Positions 36,986 to 44,021 of a stretch of DNA of 64,000 nucleotides are shown piece by piece. How positions within the stretch are numbered: the first letter of the stretch is position 1; the number at the start of each line of letters is the position of its first letter. Source of the DNA: a virus (lineage: Duplodnaviria; Caudoviricetes); the IMG/VR virus record IMGVR_UViG_3300001580_000006, positions 64,001-128,000 of that record; one strand, written 5' to 3'. The position numbers and the translations under genes are program-made. Below the pieces are notes generated by a model that saw only the letters and a program-made list of their open reading frames with translations, did not search any database and was not told the origin of the DNA.

Positions 36986-39511
36986 TTACTTTAACTCTTC
37001 TTGAATGGCCCCTTCTATGGTAGAATCAGTGGGCATCTTTACTGACCAAGTGCGGTTGCCTATTACTAGTGCTGGTATGTCTCGTACATTGCGCATTAGC
37101 ATATCCGTAAGGATATCTGTAGCCTCGGCATGTTTGTCAATATCAAACTCATGATAATGATATTCATATTTGCCTGGCATTTTCTTTAGTAATGCCTGAA
37201 TACGGCCGTCCGTTGTTTTACATATAGAGCACCCCGGCTTTCCATATAGATGGATTGCTTTGTCGCGCCTTATATTTACATTTACTGGAGACCCAAGACT
37301 GCGGTCATTGTGCTGTTTGCGGTCTTCGCGCTCCTGCTGTTTACCTTTATTCCACTTGTCTGACTCACCATAATACCCAGTAACCCTGGTAATATAGGTA
37401 ACGTTCTCAGACGAGCACTTCTTGCAGGCGTCTAGTTCACCTTTCTCAACTGTACTACAATCATTACATCTAGTAAAGGTTGGGCTAAACACAACCTGAT
37501 CGTTCTGCGATAGATCATATATCTTAGTTATGAAGCTTGCCACTGCCTTAACGTCTGGAGTAGCGTCACCCATCCAAGCGTGTGTAATAGATCCAGCGTC
37601 TATAGCGCCATGGAACTGGCCCTCTAGTAATATCCTATCAACCAAACTGACATTAGCATCAACCGCAATATGCGTCGAGTTAGTATAGTAGACTGAGCCA
37701 GTTTTCACGTCACCCTTTACCAGCTTCTTAGCATCTGGATACTTCTCCAGGTCTAGCTTGGCAAACCTATACGCCGTTGATTCAGCTGGTGTTTGTTCTA
37801 AAGCAATATTCATCTTATGCTCTTTAGAGAGACGCTGACATGCTATATACATGTGAGACACTATCTTTAAGCCAAGTTCAAATGCTTGCTGATCTTCGTG
37901 TAGTTGTTTACCTGTAAGCTCCTGGACAGCTTCGTTTAGCCCAAGTACGCCAATAAGGTATCGTGCTGACCCTAGACCAAAATACGGTGCTCCGTCTTGA
38001 TCGTAGGTAAGTGTAGCTAGAGGACCATGTTCCTTTAGCGCCAATAGTTTATTTATGAATTTCTTTTTCTGAATGTGCGCGTCTACCGCTGTAGCAAAAT
38101 ACTTGTCCAAGCGTTCGGTAAATATCTTTTCCAGCTCTGGGAGGTCATATGACCCAGCTTGTTTGGCTTCTAGCGCAAACCTAGGAAGGTTAAGAGTAAT
38201 ATTCTGTAGGGCCGCAAATCTCATTCTCCACGGTTCGTGTTTGGCTGTCTCTACTTCGTCGTCAGACATGTTGACTCGTAATCTGCAACACTGTGACACG
38301 ACGTTTGTATCTCCTCGCTCAAACACCAAGTACAGGGATCCAGTTTTTGCAACTGCTTCAGATATTAGCTCTAGGTGACCTTCATGGTTATCAGTACGCC
38401 AGAAGTCTTTGGTAATATGGACATTAGCTTTTGGAAAGAAGAACGGCAAGCCATTGGCATCGCCATCTTTATATACCTCAATACACGCTCTTAGGAACCG
38501 CCTGCTTTCAGCAGTATAGTCTCCATATGTAAGAAATCCATCCTTCATGTTGTGCTTAAACATCTGAGCATTCTTTGGAAGATCGCGGACGAACTCTGTA
38601 TGCGACTCACCTAACTTATCTATCCATTTATGAATAAACCTACCACCTGGTCCTAAGGCAAATGTGTCCTTATAGCGAGGCGGTGTTTCATAATAGAAGT
38701 TTAGGTCGGAGAATATCGCTTGGCCTCCCCTAGTTCCAAGAAGCTGCGAGAATGAGAATATCATGTCTTGGGCTGATTGTTTAACAACCTCGTCAGAGAC
38801 GCCTTGTACAAATGGTGCCATGAATATGTTCACAGCATCCCAACCGATAGCCCCAGCAAAGTGACCTTGTAGTAACGAACTAAACTCTTTGATGTGGTTT
38901 ATAAGTACTAATAGGTGCTTGGCCGGCTTCGATGGATTGGGGTATGCTTTAGAAGATAGTCCATAGCGTATCACGTATGCCAGGTTCTGTCCTGAACAAT
39001 ATGGCCTGTCTACCAGCCCAAGATCATGCAGGTGCATATAGCCATCTTTGTGTGCAGTTGCAACTTCCTTACTGAATACCTCTCCAGAATCAAGAGCAAA
39101 CTGCTTCTTTATATTCTCGCCAATATATAAATTTATTGCCTCTGGGTTGTGCGGTACATTCGAGTTCTCTTGGTTGCCACCAGTAATCAAAGCTGATAGG
39201 TCACGGAATGACATAACGGCCAAGCTACCTTTTCTCCACTTTGCGCGCATGCCTCTTGACAAAAGCTCTGCCTGTGTAAGGGTTCTGATCTCTGCTGTAG
39301 TTACTGTTTCTAGCCCAGCATCCACGACTTTCTTTTCTACTGCAGTGGCAATAGAGTCAGCCACCTCTGGTTTTATACCAAGCTCATCAGTTAGCTTTTC
39401 TATAACCCGGGCTTTGTTCCACTCCTCGTGGGTAAAATTTGTAGTTGACCCCACCATTAAATTATTAGCGGTTGGATCATTGGTTGTCTGTCTAACTACC
39501 TTTGGGGACAT
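36986..39511 (-). CDS. nrdD: Class III (anaerobic) ribonucleotide reductase with ATP-cone and C-terminal redoxin domain
   Basis: ATP-cone, HLHDL, RGGQ, QCCRL, EQTPAES, YYTNSTH, CxxC...CxxC, RVTGY glycyl-radical motif, then GCSIC redoxin. Confidence 0.95.
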   Translation of the reverse strand: MSPKVVRQTTNDPTANNLMVGSTTNFTHEEWNKARVIEKLTDELGIKPEVADSIATAVEKKVVDAGLETVTTAEIRTLTQAELLSRGMRAKWRKGSLAVMSFRDLSALITGGNQENSNVPHNPEAINLYIGENIKKQFALDSGEVFSKEVATAHKDGYMHLHDLGLVDRPYCSGQNLAYVIRYGLSSKAYPNPSKPAKHLLVLINHIKEFSSLLQGHFAGAIGWDAVNIFMAPFVQGVSDEVVKQSAQDMIFSFSQLLGTRGGQAIFSDLNFYYETPPRYKDTFALGPGGRFIHKWIDKLGESHTEFVRDLPKNAQMFKHNMKDGFLTYGDYTAESRRFLRACIEVYKDGDANGLPFFFPKANVHITKDFWRTDNHEGHLELISEAVAKTGSLYLVFERGDTNVVSQCCRLRVNMSDDEVETAKHEPWRMRFAALQNITLNLPRFALEAKQAGSYDLPELEKIFTERLDKYFATAVDAHIQKKKFINKLLALKEHGPLATLTYDQDGAPYFGLGSARYLIGVLGLNEAVQELTGKQLHEDQQAFELGLKIVSHMYIACQRLSKEHKMNIALEQTPAESTAYRFAKLDLEKYPDAKKLVKGDVKTGSVYYTNSTHIAVDANVSLVDRILLEGQFHGAIDAGSITHAWMGDATPDVKAVASFITKIYDLSQNDQVVFSPTFTRCNDCSTVEKGELDACKKCSSENVTYITRVTGYYGESDKWNKGKQQEREDRKQHNDRSLGSPVNVNIRRDKAIHLYGKPGCSICKTTDGRIQALLKKMPGKYEYHYHEFDIDKHAEATDILTDMLMRNVRDIPALVIGNRTWSVKMPTDSTIEGAIQEELK

Positions 39512-39558
39512 TTAAATCTCCTTGTTGTCTATTGTTTGTGATTGGGTTTCCCTCCTCG

Positions 39559-39972
39559 TCAGTCGTCCCCTAGATAAACAAAGTACTTAGCAAATAAATC
39601 TAGCCCTTCTTTTTGCAGCTCTCCGCATTTTATCATATCACTTACAGTGTGTGTACAGTTTCTGCTGTTAGATAAGGTCTTACATAGGTTTGCTTCACAA
39701 AGGGTTATTTCAAACGCTAGAGATATCTTATCTATGATCTCTAGCCATTTCTTTGTGGCCAACTCGTCGTCCTTAACTTCATCAAAGATTGCACCTGGAA
39801 TACCAGCATACTTGTTTTGCCCGAGCCTTTTACGGCACTCTTTAAGCCTTGGCAGTACAAACTTTGCAACGGTAATGTCAAGACACCACAACTCATTGTC
39901 CGCAAACCCACGAGTCAGCCTTTGGAAAAACCAGCGGACCTCATATAAAGCCTCTACAATCCAATTAAACAT
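39559..39972 (-). CDS. Hypothetical phage protein
   Basis: 137 aa, GAGG RBS. Confidence 0.6.
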   Translation of the reverse strand: MFNWIVEALYEVRWFFQRLTRGFADNELWCLDITVAKFVLPRLKECRKRLGQNKYAGIPGAIFDEVKDDELATKKWLEIIDKISLAFEITLCEANLCKTLSNSRNCTHTVSDMIKCGELQKEGLDLFAKYFVYLGDD

Positions 39973-39982
39973 ACTACCTCTT

Positions 39983-40669
39983 TTAACAAGTGCAGTTTGG
40001 CTCTACCTGCTCGGGTAGGTATTCTTTGATTCGACCAAAAATAAATGGGTACAGCGTTACAAATTTACGCAGGACTTCATACATTATACTGCGCATAGCT
40101 GGGTGAGCCTCAGGCTGTGCGCGTAGTGAGAATATATGAAACCACTCCCGTATGTTTGCTGTTACAACAATGGTAGACGCTGTACAAGTTGGTAGCACAG
40201 ACCTAGCTATCTCAGGTGGATATCCATTTTTTATCATCTTAAAATATGACTCTTCGGCTGTGCTAACGGCCGACCACCAAGCAGCCTTTGCTGGGTCGCC
40301 GCCGGCTCTCTCATAATCAGTAATGGCTGTTTTAAAAGGACTGATTACTTTTATTTCATTACCAAGACGGTTGGTACTGTAGTTGCAATATCTAGTACTC
40401 TCTTGTGCAAACGCTACGCCGATTCTGTGTCTTACAAGTTCGTGTGTTACTCCACGGTCTACAACAAGACGAGCTGCTATGTGTGCGTGTTCGAACATTG
40501 CTAGGTGCTTACGCTCCCACAGCTTGTCAAACAGCTTTTTATTTGCATCCGGCGCTGACATATCCTCAGTCAAATAGCAGACGCGCGCAGCGTCTACTAT
40601 TGACTTAATGATAGTATCTTCATCAGGAGGATTTATCAACCCAAATGATTGAACTACTAAGTTAGGCAT
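39983..40669 (-). CDS. thyX: Flavin-dependent thymidylate synthase
   Basis: AARVCY, FEH, THELVRHR...QESTRY, ARSVLP, NIREW. Confidence 0.95.
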   Translation of the reverse strand: MPNLVVQSFGLINPPDEDTIIKSIVDAARVCYLTEDMSAPDANKKLFDKLWERKHLAMFEHAHIAARLVVDRGVTHELVRHRIGVAFAQESTRYCNYSTNRLGNEIKVISPFKTAITDYERAGGDPAKAAWWSAVSTAEESYFKMIKNGYPPEIARSVLPTCTASTIVVTANIREWFHIFSLRAQPEAHPAMRSIMYEVLRKFVTLYPFIFGRIKEYLPEQVEPNCTC

Positions 40670-41052
40670 TAGCTAACATCGGCTCCAGCGTTAGCGCCAT
40701 AGCCAAAGCTAGTGTCCTCGCCGCCAGCCTTAGCTTTACGCTCAGTTACAGTGGCGCTCATAATCTCAGCGATTATAGCGTCTTGTAGCTCTTTCGAAGC
40801 AGAGGTTAGAGTCTTATCTTTTCCTTCCTCGAAGTTGAACGCGACGGCCCTTTGCTTTGGCCTGCTGTTGGTCTTTTCCCACTCGGTCTGCTCTACAGTC
40901 GGCCACTCGATAAACTTTCCGCCCTCTGGGTTCTTTGATTGCCACACTTTTATGTTGCGGACTACGATTGCTGATCCTATTCCGACGTCGGCTATCTTTA
41001 ACAGATTTCCCTTGCCGTTGAAGCAGCGCTTTACTGTGATTTTGGTTGCCAT
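40669..41052 (-). CDS. SpoVG-like nucleic-acid-binding protein
   Basis: LKIADVGIG..IVVRNIKV...GKFIEWP; acidic/Gly tail; GGAGG RBS. Confidence 0.65.
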   Translation of the reverse strand: MATKITVKRCFNGKGNLLKIADVGIGSAIVVRNIKVWQSKNPEGGKFIEWPTVEQTEWEKTNSRPKQRAVAFNFEEGKDKTLTSASKELQDAIIAEIMSATVTERKAKAGGEDTSFGYGANAGADVS

Positions 41053-41341
41053 GGTTTCTATCCTCCAATATTTTGGTTAGTTGTTTTACTAAATGCTGTA
41101 TAGTTCTTATCTTGCGATTCTTATGAGGCTTTTTACTGTATGACTCAACAAATTTATTTACAAGCTCTACGAGCTGATCATGGAATTTACCCATGTCAGA
41201 GTTAGATGCCCACACCCTGGTCACGTCGCTAAGACTAATACGGTTGGCTATAATAGTCTCATCCTCTTTTATCAGCTTATGCCCCTCGACGACCTGACAG
41301 TCAGGATAAGAATACAGCGCAAGCTTAATTACATATGGCAT
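40814..41341 (-). CDS. Hypothetical protein
   Basis: 175 aa; the last ~80 codons overlap the SpoVG-like gene. Confidence 0.5.
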   Translation of the reverse strand: MPYVIKLALYSYPDCQVVEGHKLIKEDETIIANRISLSDVTRVWASNSDMGKFHDQLVELVNKFVESYSKKPHKNRKIRTIQHLVKQLTKILEDRNHGNQNHSKALLQRQGKSVKDSRRRNRISNRSPQHKSVAIKEPRGRKVYRVADCRADRVGKDQQQAKAKGRRVQLRGRKR

Positions 41342-41356
41342 TTATTGTACCTAGGT

Positions 41357-43438
41357 TTACATTAAAGATTTTTCCAGTTTGCTTAGGCTGTTGACTACTT
41401 GGATTTCCTTTGTTAGCTCGATATCTCCTAGCTTCCAAGTCATAGCTTCATCCATAGCATCGTAGACATACTTATACTCTTCTGGGTTGTTATTGCACAT
41501 AGATAGTATCTCATCATGGATATGTAGAACAGTCCGTACGTCTATATCTGCGTGCTTCCAGGCACTATCTAATCTAGCCAGTGTCTGCTTTAGAACATCA
41601 GCGGCAGTGCCTTGGATTATAAAGTTAACAGCCATTCTCAGTTTGTCAGGAGATGGATTTTGTCCAACCACAATTCTACGACCAAACTCAGTTTCAGAGT
41701 AACCTTTAAAAGAAATTAGTTCGTTAGTGTCTTGTAGCCATTTGGCCAACTCAGGATAAACTTTAAAGAACCCTTGTATAATAAATTCGCATTGCTTTAC
41801 AGTATAGGTTCTACCTGTGCTAGTTGTCAGGTTTAATGCTAGGGTTCTAGCACCGCCTTGGTAGACGACCAGGAATGAAGTGGTCTTGGCATCGTCACGC
41901 TGCTGCTTACGTTTGATCGCTAGTTGATAGGCCTCCATATTATGGCCCTTTTCTTGGTCAGACATCTCATCCCAGTGCTCTAAAAAGTCTGGTTTCATCT
42001 CTGCCAGAAACTGTTCATAAGGGACATCCCATATCAACGCAGCGGTATAAGCATGCATGTCCTTGCCTTCAATCATCAACCTCTTCATAACCTGGTCGTC
42101 ACTGAAGTACGCAGCTATTCTTAGCTCTATAGCATTCCAGTCAGCCTTTACAAAAACCTTGTTCGGATCTGCAATTAGCAATCCACGAATATCCAACTGT
42201 TTATTCTTTGGAAGATTCTGTAGGTTTGGTGAGGAAGCAAACCTCCCAGTTTTTAGAATCTGCCTAAATTGGGTGTGGAGTCTTCCATCTTTAATTATAC
42301 TAACTGCCTCAGACTCTTCAGCTGAAGTTTTAACTTTGGATTTGCCGGCTAGTAAGCTATCTATATAAGTGCTGCGTATTTTGTCGTGTGTTCTATACGA
42401 TAGAACGTGGTCTATCATCTTGCATGTACATACATGCAGTGGAACTTCTGAATCAAAATACCTGGCTTTGATTGAATTCAATACTTGCTTAGCGGTAGAG
42501 AACTCAGCGTCTGGATCATCAAAGTCTGGCTCAAACTCTTCTGGCACCGGAACAGCCGCAGTTGTAAACAGTCTAGATACTTGCTTATTCTTAGCAATAT
42601 CAACTGAGTAGCTTTTGGCATCTTCCGCGCTCCACCCTGATGCTATAAGGAGCTCCCTGGCTGTTTCCTTTGCGCCGGCTTTAGCTTTAGTAATCTCCTC
42701 CATACACACAGCTCTAAGTGGCGCAACCTTCTGTCTATCTATGAGTATACCAAATGCCTCCATTTCTGCTAGAATTCTTACTAATGGTAGTTCTATCTCT
42801 GTAAGAACCTTTCTAGTAGTCTGGGGCATTATTGTTTCCTGTTGCTTAAATAGGGCAAATGTGTTTGCAGCGTCAGGGCCACCATACCTAGCACCGTCCT
42901 CTACTGACACTGTGGCTATACTACTCTCTAGCTCATTATAGCGTATAACCTTACGACGCAAGAAATGCTCTGTCTGCCACTTAAGTGCAGCTGGAACCTT
43001 CCAGTCAAGCATTCTTGCAGCCAACATAGTATCAAAATGCAGTGGGAAGCCATTGGTAAAATCTATGCCGTTTGTCTTTAGCACCATGTAGTCGTACTTA
43101 GCATGATGCATAACCAATGGCTTCTGCTGTAAGATAGGCCCAATGACTTCTTTTACCTTAGCCCATGATAACTGTTCCTCAACAGGAAACCTATTGTTCT
43201 GAAACATGTTAACTTGGGCTGGATGCCTGTGAGCTACTGGGATGTACCAGGCCCGATCTCCAGATATTGCTAATGGCAATGATACTATTTTAGCAATGGT
43301 GGGGTCAAGCGCAGTAGTTTCGGTATCTACAGCTATAACAGGCGCGGCCATAAGAGCCTGAGCTACCTGGTTAAGGTGATCCTCAGTCATTACAACCTCG
43401 ACCGTTATCTTTCCGGACAGGTCAAGGACTTCGTTCAT
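41357..43438 (-). CDS. Family A DNA polymerase with 3'-5' exonuclease
   Basis: Exo motifs DTETT, HHAKYD, DTML, YGGPDA; TGRFASSPNLQN, motif A ADWNAIELR, motif C IHDEI. Confidence 0.95.
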   Translation of the reverse strand: MNEVLDLSGKITVEVVMTEDHLNQVAQALMAAPVIAVDTETTALDPTIAKIVSLPLAISGDRAWYIPVAHRHPAQVNMFQNNRFPVEEQLSWAKVKEVIGPILQQKPLVMHHAKYDYMVLKTNGIDFTNGFPLHFDTMLAARMLDWKVPAALKWQTEHFLRRKVIRYNELESSIATVSVEDGARYGGPDAANTFALFKQQETIMPQTTRKVLTEIELPLVRILAEMEAFGILIDRQKVAPLRAVCMEEITKAKAGAKETARELLIASGWSAEDAKSYSVDIAKNKQVSRLFTTAAVPVPEEFEPDFDDPDAEFSTAKQVLNSIKARYFDSEVPLHVCTCKMIDHVLSYRTHDKIRSTYIDSLLAGKSKVKTSAEESEAVSIIKDGRLHTQFRQILKTGRFASSPNLQNLPKNKQLDIRGLLIADPNKVFVKADWNAIELRIAAYFSDDQVMKRLMIEGKDMHAYTAALIWDVPYEQFLAEMKPDFLEHWDEMSDQEKGHNMEAYQLAIKRKQQRDDAKTTSFLVVYQGGARTLALNLTTSTGRTYTVKQCEFIIQGFFKVYPELAKWLQDTNELISFKGYSETEFGRRIVVGQNPSPDKLRMAVNFIIQGTAADVLKQTLARLDSAWKHADIDVRTVLHIHDEILSMCNNNPEEYKYVYDAMDEAMTWKLGDIELTKEIQVVNSLSKLEKSLM

Positions 43439-43439
43439 G

Positions 43440-43934
43440 TTAGGTAGTTGGTGAGATTTTTGCGTCTACGGAGCGCTGAATAACAACGTCGCGGACTAGG
43501 TTTGAGATAGCCGAAAGATAGGAGATCCACTCGGCCCAGAAGTTTTTGTATACATCGCACAAAGCTTTGTCAGCTTTGCTGGAATTATACTTCTGCGTAG
43601 CTCCAACAGCGGCAGCTTCAGCCATGGCTTTCTGTTTGCCATCTGAGAGCTTCTTAGTCTCTTCATTGCCGAGCAGTTTAACCATCTCCTGCTGAGCTAT
43701 AATGTCAGCTTCGTTGTCGGAGAGGATAGCAGCCCAGTTAGAGCTATCAGATTTCTTGGACCAGTGGTTGTGGTTAAGCGTAGCTACGCCAAACCGGAAG
43801 CTGATTAACTGCGACAGCGTGTTTATGTCACAGGTAGCCAGCAGGTTATCAACGTTTGCCGACATAGCTTTTCCAAGCTCATCAGCGGTAGAATCTACCT
43901 CTTCACGAGTGTAGACTTTCATATCTAGTTCCAT
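43440..43934 (-). CDS. Hypothetical helical protein
   Basis: 164 aa, GGAGG RBS, first gene after a promoter. Confidence 0.6.
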   Translation of the reverse strand: MELDMKVYTREEVDSTADELGKAMSANVDNLLATCDINTLSQLISFRFGVATLNHNHWSKKSDSSNWAAILSDNEADIIAQQEMVKLLGNEETKKLSDGKQKAMAEAAAVGATQKYNSSKADKALCDVYKNFWAEWISYLSAISNLVRDVVIQRSVDAKISPTT

Positions 43935-43956
43935 ACTTCCTCCGTTTGGGGTTATT

Positions 43957-43985
43957 ATTATACCACATTAATTTGCAAAAAGCAA
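43957..43985 (-). promoter_or_regulatory. Sigma70/sigmaA-type promoter
   Basis: TTGCTT-N17-TATAAT with TGTGG extension. Confidence 0.8.
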
Positions 43986-44021
43986 GTGCTTTACAGACTA
44001 TATTTTAGTGCATAGTGTAAG

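Noticed and set aside
36986-43438. Group I introns or further inteins in nrdD, thyX or the polymerase
   Set aside because: All three reading frames are continuous with motifs at normal spacing, and no splicing blocks were seen
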